Part shown: piece after piece, positions 30,728-39,281 of the stretch
Position numbering within the stretch: the stretch's first letter is position 1
How the letters are laid out: each line of letters starts with the position of its first letter
Assembly (NCBI GenBank): GCA_018262795.1
Contig: JADFDM010000013.1
Location: forward strand, 8,159 to 72,158
Reading direction: 5' to 3'
Length of the DNA: 64,000 nucleotides
DNA from: Sphingobacteriales bacterium
GTDB lineage: Bacteria > Bacteroidota > Bacteroidia > Chitinophagales > LD1
The notes under the pieces: model-generated
What the model was told of the DNA's origin: nothing
Database searches by the model: none
The model's input: the letters and a program-made list of their open reading frames with translations, nothing else
Program-made: the position numbers and the translations under genes

Positions 30728-31348
30728 TCATTTAATACTCTTCAAACCTTCTAATGCCGATTTATCATCGGGCGCGAGCAGCAATGTTTTGTTGAACAGC
30801 ACTTTCGCTTCATTCACTTTGCCCAACTGTAAATTGCACCAAGCGTAAAGCAGCAATCCATCATAGTCAAAAGGATATAGGTTCACCACCTTCTCTAAAT
30901 ATTCAAAAGCCTTAGAGTAGTCCTTTCTACCGTAATAAATAGAGCCTATCCGATAATTGGCTTTGGTGTTTTGAGGATCAATCTTTGTGATTTCTAAATA
31001 CTGATTCAGCACAGCATCCCAATTGCCGGCAGCCGCAGCGGGAAGCACATACCCAAATTTCGCTTCAATGCTGTAAGGCATCAAATTCATTGCCCGCTGA
31101 TAATAACTCATAGACTCGGTAAACAAGCCCGCTTCATAGTTCAGGTAAGCCAGCCGCAGGTTGATCTCGTAACTTTTCTCATCGTAAATGGCAGCCACCT
31201 CTTTAATGGCATCACTGTATTTCCCCGACTTCTCGGAGGTGTAACTTTTGGTGAATGCGCTCTGCACGGCACTCTGCGCAAACGCAGAACTACCGGTTAA
31301 AAAAAGCAGCACGAAGAAAAGTGAGGTGATTTTTGTGATTGGTTTCAT
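30728..31348 (-). CDS. Exported TPR protein
   Basis: Signal peptide ending SAFA-Q; consecutive TPR-like helical repeats; ATG at 31348. Confidence 0.8.
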   Translation of the reverse strand: MKPITKITSLFFVLLFLTGSSAFAQSAVQSAFTKSYTSEKSGKYSDAIKEVAAIYDEKSYEINLRLAYLNYEAGLFTESMSYYQRAMNLMPYSIEAKFGYVLPAAAAGNWDAVLNQYLEITKIDPQNTKANYRIGSIYYGRKDYSKAFEYLEKVVNLYPFDYDGLLLYAWCNLQLGKVNEAKVLFNKTLLLAPDDKSALEGLKSIK

Positions 31349-31358
31349 AACTATTGGT

Positions 31359-32528
31359 TTAGAAAATAATTTTTGTTCCGAATGAAATTCCATGACTAAT
31401 GTAATTGGTTTGAAGCGTCTGCTCTTTCTTAAATTCTAATTGGTAAAGCGCATATATACGGTAACGGTTCTGGATGATAAACTCCGGTACAAAAGTCAAA
31501 TTATCATTCAACCTATCGTAACCGTTTTGAACGATAGCTCCGTTGTACAAATTGAAATTGCGAACCCGCGCATAAGTGTAAGCAGCGCTGAACGAAAAAT
31601 AACGCGGGAAGTTAAAACTCACCTTGGCCTGAAACAAGGGATGAACCTTCTGATACAGATTGTCTGTAAAAAGTATCATCGTGCCACTCAAGGATAAGCG
31701 CTGATTGGCCAGCGGATAAACCGTAACACCCAAGCTGTGTTGTAGCTGATAAGAAGTGTCGAAATTTGAAAATGAGTTAGCCAGCGCCACCTTCGCATAA
31801 GAGAAATTCTTTGTCACATTCAAAGAACCTAAGAAATAAGCCTTCTTAGTTTTCACTATCTTATCCGTAGAGTTGAACACAGCATACAACACACTGAAGG
31901 CGGGAGTAAGAGAGAACCCTTTTTTGAGAGGAAGATTTGCACTCACGTAATATTGATGCTGCTGATAAGTGCCATAATAATATTGCTGCTGTACGTAACT
32001 ATAAGAATGAAATAAGGAATAGCCGCGAACCAGCAAGTGATTTAAGCCGAAAGAAACATAATACAATGGCTTCACGGTTTTGGAGGCAGAAGAAAACTTC
32101 ATCCCTACCTCTGCGGTCGCAGCATTTATGAGAGATGCTTTTTTCGTATGCGTAATAGCGCGAAGTGAATCTGAAAAATGGGCCGTCATTCGTTCCCCTT
32201 CATTATATAGGTCACTAAAAAGATAGCTGTAGTACAGATATTCTTTCGTCCACTCGTTGGATGAATTAAACTGCTGTGCTTTTTCAAAATGAGAAAGCGC
32301 TAAGCGATATTTTTGTTGCTCGTAGCAGGCAATGCCTACTCGCATTCGCAGGTAGTAATAATCAATATGCCGATGAATAGCCTTGCGGCCCTGTTGCTCC
32401 AACGCTTTCCATTTTCCCGATTGATAAAGCGCATAGGTGCTGTCGTTCACTAATTTTGAATCAAGCTCCGTTTGCGCAGAGGCCGACACCGAAACGCAGG
32501 CGAGAAGAACAGAAATCAACTTATACAT
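31359..32528 (-). CDS. TPR plus predicted beta-barrel outer-membrane protein
   Basis: Signal peptide, TPR-like N-terminus, aromatic-rich amphipathic strands, terminal Phe (GISFGTKIIF). Confidence 0.6.
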   Translation of the reverse strand: MYKLISVLLACVSVSASAQTELDSKLVNDSTYALYQSGKWKALEQQGRKAIHRHIDYYYLRMRVGIACYEQQKYRLALSHFEKAQQFNSSNEWTKEYLYYSYLFSDLYNEGERMTAHFSDSLRAITHTKKASLINAATAEVGMKFSSASKTVKPLYYVSFGLNHLLVRGYSLFHSYSYVQQQYYYGTYQQHQYYVSANLPLKKGFSLTPAFSVLYAVFNSTDKIVKTKKAYFLGSLNVTKNFSYAKVALANSFSNFDTSYQLQHSLGVTVYPLANQRLSLSGTMILFTDNLYQKVHPLFQAKVSFNFPRYFSFSAAYTYARVRNFNLYNGAIVQNGYDRLNDNLTFVPEFIIQNRYRIYALYQLEFKKEQTLQTNYISHGISFGTKIIF

Positions 32529-34720
32529 TCCGCTGTTATCGTATGGTGATGGTGGGTTACCTTAAAAGTGCTAATCTTTCCTTGCGCTACCGAAATTTCA
32601 AAATCCATTCTCTTTAAAATACCGGAGGCAGCATGAACGGTGGCGGAAGATTCAATTACCACAAGACTTGGTTGATGCGGGTCATCGGTGCTTTTAAATT
32701 TCGAGGAATAATCTGCTTTTAAGTAGATGTAGAAAGGAGCGATAAAATCTTGCAGAAATTTAGCGACTCCCGAATAGAAACCGCTCATGGGCAACACATC
32801 GCTCACTTCTAAGCGGTCGTAATAGCCCAACACAATCTTATAGGCTCCGAGATAGAATTGGTAGAGCAAAGATTTCTTATCGCCATAAAAATCGGTGAAG
32901 TAATGCACCGTGCCGTTGTTTACAAAATAGGCATAGGCTTTTGATTGGTGGCAATAGAGATAGGTGTGGTTGTAAGCATCGGTAAATACTTCCCACCTCA
33001 GCAGCTGTTTTTTGTTATGGTCCGAGCGGCTCACCTCAAACTTTAATTCCTTCCCGGGAATAAAGTCAAAGGCACTTTTTAAGATGGGCGTTATCTGTAT
33101 GCCCGAAATAGTTGATCGCTCTTCGGGGTAATCAAAGGAGTGAAAGGTGTACTCTCCTTCTTTCTTCTCTACATAATAACTGATGGGATACTTCATAGTT
33201 TTAGACCCCACAAAGGGAGTGGCCTGTAATTGGAAATGTATGTGCGGCTCTGGAGAACGACCCGAACTGCCGCAAGCAGCCACTACTTGCCCTTTGTAAA
33301 CATACTCTCCCGGCTTCACTTTAAAACTCCCCTTGCGAAGGTGGCTTATCTTTGAATAAAGCGCATCACTGTGTTTAATGATGAGCGTATTGCCCCAGTT
33401 ATGTTCCAGATTTACTTCTCCAATCGGATTGTCTTCCACTTCATCTACAAGGTCGTACACATAGCCGGCAGCCGGGGCCAACACGGGTGCATTGTAACCA
33501 TAGAAATCACTCACCGCAGTGCCGGGAAGCCGAAAGGTTATCTTCATGTCGTCAGTCACTACAAAATCCCATGCATATTTCCATTCTCCTTTGTGCGTAA
33601 TATTTCCTTCGTGCCCTTGCGATACATACCATTCTCCAAAAAATGGCAGATGAATATGGAAATATGATTGATTGCTGAAACGATCTTTTCCGTTGCGGTG
33701 TTTATACAAATTCTTCTCCGGAGAAAACTGTTGAATCCACACTAACTCAAGTTGGTTCGACTCTGTGCGATACTTCAGCGTGAGCAACAACACAATCAGA
33801 ATAATATTAAACGGCAGCGAATAAATAGGCAATTGAAAAGAACCGAACACCACCATCATAGAAGTGTGCATGATAGCAATGATGGGAGCTGTAAGAAGAG
33901 CGAGTAAATAAGATTTTGGGGAGGGAATCAAGAAGAATCCTCCGATGCAAATGGCAGATAGGATATAATTGAAGCCGATGAAATTATAGTTGAGCGGCTC
34001 GGCACTTCCGTTGAGGAATTGAAAAAAATAATAGCCGGTCACAAAACCCACCAAAGAGAGCGTAAAGGCAATGCGCGAGTAAATGAGCAACCCCACTGCA
34101 ATCAACAAACCGGAGATAATGTTGTACTGAAAATAGATGGCCCCCAACGATTTAAAATAAGCATCGGCCCAGCGAGGTATTGGCAGGGCATCTAAGTACT
34201 GAAACCATTCTACCAAGTGAATTCCTCCGAGCGAGTACAACTCATTATTTACAAAAATCCCTGTTTGGCTGAGGGTGACCACCGAAGAAGTGCGAAGAGT
34301 CACAATTAAAGCCCATACAGATAGCAAGAAAGGGAAAGCGAGAATCGGTAAGTTGTATTTTGAAAACACAATAGCAATAGCCTTAGAGAGCAGTGTGGTG
34401 AAAACAGAAATTACAAAAAGGATGATGAAGAACTGAATGCTGAAATTAAAATACAGCCCCATCACCAAGCCTATCATCAAGCTGTTGAAACTATACACGC
34501 CCGTTTGCAAATACGTTTTATTGAAGCCGAGCCACCAAGCGATTAATATACCCGATGTGAGCGCAAACACTCCGCTAAAACCCGAATACGGATTTACGAA
34601 AGAAGAGAGGAGAATGAGATAAGCAAAGGTGCGATTGTCCGAAAAGAACATTTGCGAATAGCTATGAATAAAGCTATCTGCAAAGAATTTCAATGCGTGT
34701 TTACGGTGTGCCGCTAACAT
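32516..34720 (-). CDS. Urea-transporter-family membrane domain fused to an M23 metallopeptidase domain
   Basis: Two UT half-repeats (SYSQMFFSDN...LPILAFPF; SLGAIYFQYN...LPIYSLPF), then M23 motifs TH.....AWDF, SHL..GS and GSSGRSPEPHIHFQ. Confidence 0.8.
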   Translation of the reverse strand: MLAAHRKHALKFFADSFIHSYSQMFFSDNRTFAYLILLSSFVNPYSGFSGVFALTSGILIAWWLGFNKTYLQTGVYSFNSLMIGLVMGLYFNFSIQFFIILFVISVFTTLLSKAIAIVFSKYNLPILAFPFLLSVWALIVTLRTSSVVTLSQTGIFVNNELYSLGGIHLVEWFQYLDALPIPRWADAYFKSLGAIYFQYNIISGLLIAVGLLIYSRIAFTLSLVGFVTGYYFFQFLNGSAEPLNYNFIGFNYILSAICIGGFFLIPSPKSYLLALLTAPIIAIMHTSMMVVFGSFQLPIYSLPFNIILIVLLLTLKYRTESNQLELVWIQQFSPEKNLYKHRNGKDRFSNQSYFHIHLPFFGEWYVSQGHEGNITHKGEWKYAWDFVVTDDMKITFRLPGTAVSDFYGYNAPVLAPAAGYVYDLVDEVEDNPIGEVNLEHNWGNTLIIKHSDALYSKISHLRKGSFKVKPGEYVYKGQVVAACGSSGRSPEPHIHFQLQATPFVGSKTMKYPISYYVEKKEGEYTFHSFDYPEERSTISGIQITPILKSAFDFIPGKELKFEVSRSDHNKKQLLRWEVFTDAYNHTYLYCHQSKAYAYFVNNGTVHYFTDFYGDKKSLLYQFYLGAYKIVLGYYDRLEVSDVLPMSGFYSGVAKFLQDFIAPFYIYLKADYSSKFKSTDDPHQPSLVVIESSATVHAASGILKRMDFEISVAQGKISTFKVTHHHHTITAECIS

Positions 34721-34733
34721 GGAGTCTTAAAAA

Positions 34734-36092
34734 TCACAGTTTAAACTTCGCTAAATAATCCGGCTTTACCTCGCTGGACTCAATGGAGCTGAGCGTTTCT
34801 CTTTTGCGAATGAGATGCGGTTGATGCTCCATATCTATCATTACTACAGCCGGCCGCAGCGAAATGAACTGCATCCATTGCGTCATGTTATACGCTCCAA
34901 CATTATGCACCACTACATGGTCATCTTTTTTCAATGGAGGCAGCGTTACGTTTTCGCGAATCACATCAATATTCATACACAAGGGGCCGTATAGCACACA
35001 ATCCTCGGTGTAGTTGCTAAACTCCTGTGCCGGACTTATTTTATGGTCATACCAAAAGGACGTGAACATTACATTCACTCCAAAGTCCAGAATGGTAGCT
35101 CGCCTTCCATCGCTCAGTCGCTTATTTGAAATTACAGTGCCTAACAAGTACCCTGCTTCGTCAATCAGTGCGCGGCCGGTTTCTAAAATGAGCAAAGGCA
35201 ATTCATCGGTGCCAAAACCGGAGTTGAGGATAGCGGCACAAATCGCTTCGGCAAACTGATCGAAATTCGGATTGGCATCTACCCCCTGCAAATAAGAGCC
35301 CTTCAGAGTATTTTTTGAAGCGAAGCCACCGCCCATATCAATATATTCAATATTGCGCTTGTATTTTTTGCGAATGCCGAGAGCCAAGTCGCTTATTTTA
35401 GAGGCAGCAATACCGTAAGCGCTGGGCGAAAGCATAAAAGTGCCGATGTGACAATGCAGCCCCACCAATTCCAATTTATCCGTCAGTATAATTTTATTGA
35501 TGGCATCCCAGGCTTGTCCGTTTTCGTAATTGAAGCCGAAGCGATCCCAAATTGGATAAATGCCCGTGTCCATGTTTACCCGAATTGCTACCCGTGGGCG
35601 CAGCTTTAGTTCTTCTGCAATCTCCGTTAAGCGGTAAAGTTCATCGAGGTGATCAATGTGAATAGGCGAATTGTTTCTCACCGCCATCTTCAACTCCTCA
35701 TCTGTTTTATCAGGGCCGTTGAAAATCACTTTGTTGCCCGGCACTCCGTTGTTGATAGCCTTCTGATATTCAAAACCCGATACTACTTCGCCCCACGAAC
35801 CCTCCTGATGAAAAACATTGCAGACCGCATTGATGTAATTCGTTTTATACGACCAGGCAAACTGCACCTTCGGGTAGCGCGTTTTAAAGGCACGAGTAGC
35901 TTCGCGGTAGGTTTGGCGAATCGTTCTTTCTGAAATAGCAAAAAGTGGCGAGCCAAAATCTTCGAGCAACTTTACGACCGACACATCATCAATATGCGTG
36001 AGCGGAGTATATTCTGTGCGCATACCGAATTTGTTCATCAGTCCGGCATTCAGTCGCTGAATCAGCGGGCGTTCATATTGTAGTTTCTTCAT
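34734..36092 (-). CDS. Fold-type III PLP decarboxylase (DAP/Orn/Arg decarboxylase family, BtrK-like)
   Basis: WSYKTN (PLP Lys), HCHIG, DMGGGF, ETGRAL, GPLCMNID and VGAY motifs; ATG at 36092. Confidence 0.85.
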   Translation of the reverse strand: MKKLQYERPLIQRLNAGLMNKFGMRTEYTPLTHIDDVSVVKLLEDFGSPLFAISERTIRQTYREATRAFKTRYPKVQFAWSYKTNYINAVCNVFHQEGSWGEVVSGFEYQKAINNGVPGNKVIFNGPDKTDEELKMAVRNNSPIHIDHLDELYRLTEIAEELKLRPRVAIRVNMDTGIYPIWDRFGFNYENGQAWDAINKIILTDKLELVGLHCHIGTFMLSPSAYGIAASKISDLALGIRKKYKRNIEYIDMGGGFASKNTLKGSYLQGVDANPNFDQFAEAICAAILNSGFGTDELPLLILETGRALIDEAGYLLGTVISNKRLSDGRRATILDFGVNVMFTSFWYDHKISPAQEFSNYTEDCVLYGPLCMNIDVIRENVTLPPLKKDDHVVVHNVGAYNMTQWMQFISLRPAVVMIDMEHQPHLIRKRETLSSIESSEVKPDYLAKFKL

Positions 36093-36112
36093 GAGAAGGT
36101 TTTTAAATTTTA

Positions 36113-37162
36113 TCAATACTCTCCAAAGGTGGAGATGGTTTCAAATTCTTTCAGATCGCAAATCATGTCGTAGCTATAGCGGATAAACATTTTGCCCACT
36201 TCATATTCCGCAAAGGATTTCACCTCTTCCCCCATCGCCATCCGCATCATGGCATCGGGGTGGTTTTGCCCGGCTCCCACAGCGAGATATACCCAGGCCG
36301 GAAACCGCGGATTGATTTCGATGAGGTAATACTCGTTGTTATTCGTCTTTATCATTTCCAATTCGCAAGGGCCTTTCCATTTTGAGTGGCGGATGAGTTT
36401 TTGGGTGATTTGCAGCAGCTTGTCATCTTCAAGAGTAATACCTGCCCATGCTTTCCCTTTGTCGGTAATCACTTGCTTGCGCATAGGTACCGCGCCAATG
36501 GTGTTTCCCTTGCCATCGCCCAGCGCAGTCACGTTTACCTCAGTGCCGTAAGTGAATTGTTGAATGATAATAGGCAGCCCCCATTTGGCACTTATTTTAT
36601 TGAAATATTGCGCGGCCTGATCGGGTGTGTAAGCAACGTTGGCATCGTAAAATTTCCCTTTCACTACTAAGGGATATGAAAACTGCTGCGATAGGGAAGG
36701 AATTTCAGAGAGGCTGAAAACCATTTTGCTCTTAGGTACTTTGATTTCATATTTCTTTCCAAACTCGGTGAGGTTTGCTTTGTGCCTCTCTTCAAATTGA
36801 TCGAGGGTAGGCAGAAAGGTTTGAATGTTCAATTCTTTCTCCAGCACCGGAGCCAGCTTAATAAAGTTGAAAAGCTCGGCATCAAAATTTGGAATAATCA
36901 AATCAATCTTCTCTTGGTTGTGGATGTATCGGAGACGCTCTAAGAGACTACTTTGCCCGGCTGTGGGCAGTGGAATATGATAGGTTTTCGCTACCAAGTT
37001 GCGCATGTATATTCCCGGTTCCAACGCATCATAGGCAAGGCCGATAATGCGAACCTCATAATCTTTGCTATCGAGCAAACCGCGAATTACGGGAATGCCG
37101 GGGCCGGGGCTGTCAATATTATTGAGGCCGGTCACGGCCACGTTAATCTTTTTCTTTCCCAT
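36113..37162 (-). CDS. ATP-grasp ligase
   Basis: IDLIIPNFDAEL, YPLVVKG, IIQQF..G.E and LIEINPRF motifs. Confidence 0.88.
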   Translation of the reverse strand: MGKKKINVAVTGLNNIDSPGPGIPVIRGLLDSKDYEVRIIGLAYDALEPGIYMRNLVAKTYHIPLPTAGQSSLLERLRYIHNQEKIDLIIPNFDAELFNFIKLAPVLEKELNIQTFLPTLDQFEERHKANLTEFGKKYEIKVPKSKMVFSLSEIPSLSQQFSYPLVVKGKFYDANVAYTPDQAAQYFNKISAKWGLPIIIQQFTYGTEVNVTALGDGKGNTIGAVPMRKQVITDKGKAWAGITLEDDKLLQITQKLIRHSKWKGPCELEMIKTNNNEYYLIEINPRFPAWVYLAVGAGQNHPDAMMRMAMGEEVKSFAEYEVGKMFIRYSYDMICDLKEFETISTFGEY

Positions 37163-37403
37163 CGGTATCGGTTAGTTTTACCTGCTCCAGCATTTTGGTG
37201 AAATCATAATAATCCTTTTCTACCGTATCGCGATCGGTGGCATACTTGCCCAGCAGATGCTTTTTAATCTCCTCCTCCGGCTTATTCTCTTTTAGCATTT
37301 TCAGTATTTCCAGCCCGATAGGGTTCACTGAAAAAGAGTCGCCTGTGGAAGGGTTAAACACAAAGCCCGTATCGCTCAAAGCGATGTTCTTCTTTATTAT
37401 CAT
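37143..37403 (-). CDS. Stand-alone PqqD-family / RiPP recognition element (RRE) protein
   Basis: 86 aa; beta strands GFVFNPSTGDSFSVN, then helices PIGLEILKML...EIKKHL...Y...TVEKDYYDF..ML, matching the PqqD pattern. Confidence 0.78.
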   Translation of the reverse strand: MIIKKNIALSDTGFVFNPSTGDSFSVNPIGLEILKMLKENKPEEEIKKHLLGKYATDRDTVEKDYYDFTKMLEQVKLTDTDGKEKD

Positions 37404-37458
37404 AGCAACAAATTTTTTCTAAGACGGAACAAAAGTGCGCAGGTTTAGCGGCATCCGT

Positions 37459-37486
37459 GTTACAAAGTTTTTGGAAAAAGTTATAA
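37459..37486 (-). promoter_or_regulatory. Candidate AraC-type operator: direct repeat TT(A/G)TAAC with 21-bp period
   Basis: GTTACAA at 37459 and GTTATAA at 37480 on the + strand, just upstream of a variant -7 element CACTTTTG (minus strand, about 37430-37437) for the PqqD operon. Confidence 0.4.
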
Positions 37487-37488
37487 GA

Positions 37489-38094
37489 TTAGGAGGAGGG
37501 GAGTTGATTGACCGGTATCCGTTTGCGGTGAAACTCCTTCTTGTAATCCTGCACATTGATACCCGTAATCTGCTTAAACTGGTTCGACAAATATTGCACG
37601 CTGCTATAGTCGAGCAGGTGTGCAATCTCGCTCAACGTAAGCTCTCCGTAAGAAATAAGTTCCTTCACCTTTTCCATTTTTATTTGGATGATATACTTCT
37701 CTAAAGTAGTGCCGGTTTTTTGTGAAAATACTTTGCTGAGGTGGGAGTAAGACTCCCCTAATCGCTGACTTAAATAGTCGGAGTTGCGAAGGATGGTATT
37801 GGTGTTGTTGCCGTAAAAAATCAATTGGATGATGGCTTGCTTCATCTGCTCCACCAACTTCAACTCCCGGTCATCTATCAACCCAAATCCGTGATTGCCT
37901 AACAATTCTTGAAGCGCTTCGTGACCAATCACTTGATTGTTGTAACTAATCACCGCCATCCCCAATTCAATGTGGTGTACCTTGATAAAGCCCGTGCGCT
38001 CCAACTCCCAGCGAACCACCTTGATGCAGCTATCGCTCACCATATTGCGGATGTAGATGGTCATTTGCTTGTTATTAAGAGTGGATGGCTGCAT
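37489..38094 (-). CDS. AraC-family transcriptional regulator with an HMA-like N-terminal domain
   Basis: IYIRNMVSDSCIKVV N-terminus; HLSKVFS...GTTLEKY and LTLSEIAHLLDYSSVQYLSNQFKQITG HTH; the start may be at 38064. Confidence 0.88.
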   Translation of the reverse strand: MQPSTLNNKQMTIYIRNMVSDSCIKVVRWELERTGFIKVHHIELGMAVISYNNQVIGHEALQELLGNHGFGLIDDRELKLVEQMKQAIIQLIFYGNNTNTILRNSDYLSQRLGESYSHLSKVFSQKTGTTLEKYIIQIKMEKVKELISYGELTLSEIAHLLDYSSVQYLSNQFKQITGINVQDYKKEFHRKRIPVNQLPSS

Positions 38095-38516
38095 GATGAA
38101 GGCAGAATTTATCTGTTAATCCTGAATAAATATAACGAACCGAGAAAACTTGTAGATAAAACGAAGAAGAGAAAGGTTAATTTTTTTGACTGTAAAGACG
38201 GCTTGTAATCGGAGGACTCAAACATCTATTTATAAGGCATAAAGAATGGACAAACCTGCGACTAAGTAGAGGCTATTTCTGTGATTTTTTGTAATGGAAA
38301 TAATTTGGTTTGTAAATACAGATAGGCGTTTAATGTTTCATCTAAACAGCATGATTTTTTAAAATCGGTTCCGTACAAACACACGTGGTGCAAAGGCTTT
38401 AGAAACGAAGCACAACAGTAAGGTGCCGAATAAATGGATACTTGTTGCCGAAAGGGAAGCGGCACTATTGTTGAAACCTGAACGGGCTTTTCAATTTCAA
38501 TTATCTTCACGCTTCT

Positions 38517-39116
38517 ATGCTTCTATTGCTTGCCTTTGCTTTAGGTTTTGTGGGTTATCTGCCATTGGGAAATATCAATCTCACGGTGTTGCAGTTGAGC
38601 ATGGAACAGCAGAAAAGACATTGGCAGGCGTTTATCGCGTTCGCGGCTCTGATGGAATTCATTTATTGCTATGCTTGCATTTCGGGTCTTGAATTACTGC
38701 GCAGAGAAACACAACTAATAGTGATGTTTAACTGGAGTGCGGTGATTATTTTTCTGCTGCTCGGTATTTTTACTTTCACTCATACCGAAACAGTAAGGCC
38801 CGATTCGCGATTGTCACCGGGGGTAAAACGGGGTATATTATTGGCGGTGTTTAACCCTTTACAAATTCCGTTTTGGATGGTGTGGGGGGTGTATATGATG
38901 CAGAATGGCTGGCTCCAAAGCAGCGCGATTTCTATTGCGCTGTTCAGTTTTATTTGTGCGTTGGGCGCGGCCTCCATTCTCTACATTTATGCGCTGGCGG
39001 GGAAAAAAGTGGTGGAGAAACTGAATGTGAACGGGAATATTTTGAACCGCTTTATCGGCTCTATTTTTATTTTGCTGGCGGTGTATGAGACCATAAAAAT
39101 TATTTACCACTTGTAA
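38517..39116 (+). CDS. LysE-superfamily membrane transporter
   Basis: GYLPLGNINL and GILLAVFNPLQIPFW motifs; about 6 TM helices. Confidence 0.8.
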   Translation: MLLLLAFALGFVGYLPLGNINLTVLQLSMEQQKRHWQAFIAFAALMEFIYCYACISGLELLRRETQLIVMFNWSAVIIFLLLGIFTFTHTETVRPDSRLSPGVKRGILLAVFNPLQIPFWMVWGVYMMQNGWLQSSAISIALFSFICALGAASILYIYALAGKKVVEKLNVNGNILNRFIGSIFILLAVYETIKIIYHL

Positions 39117-39281
39117 ATAGGCCGCCCAACAGAGATGCCTCTGTCGGTCAAAATTTATCCGGGTCCTTCATCCTCCATTTTTACCGGAATCGTATGCCGC
39201 TTTAGCTCTTTTTTGTAACGCTTTATAAATCAATAGAGCGGAAGCGTTTATATGAAAGCCTCAGAAAAAAATCGCAAAATT

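Noticed and set aside
34734-36092. Housekeeping lysA
   Set aside because: The operon context and N-terminal extension argue for a specialised paralogue, so the gene symbol was withheld.
37143-37403. PQQ biosynthesis locus
   Set aside because: No pqqA, pqqB, pqqC or pqqE is present.
38260-38480. Cobalamin, lysine or SAM riboswitch
   Set aside because: Only isolated short words match (AGGTGCC, AAAGGGAA, GTAGAGGC). The required conserved elements and their order are missing.
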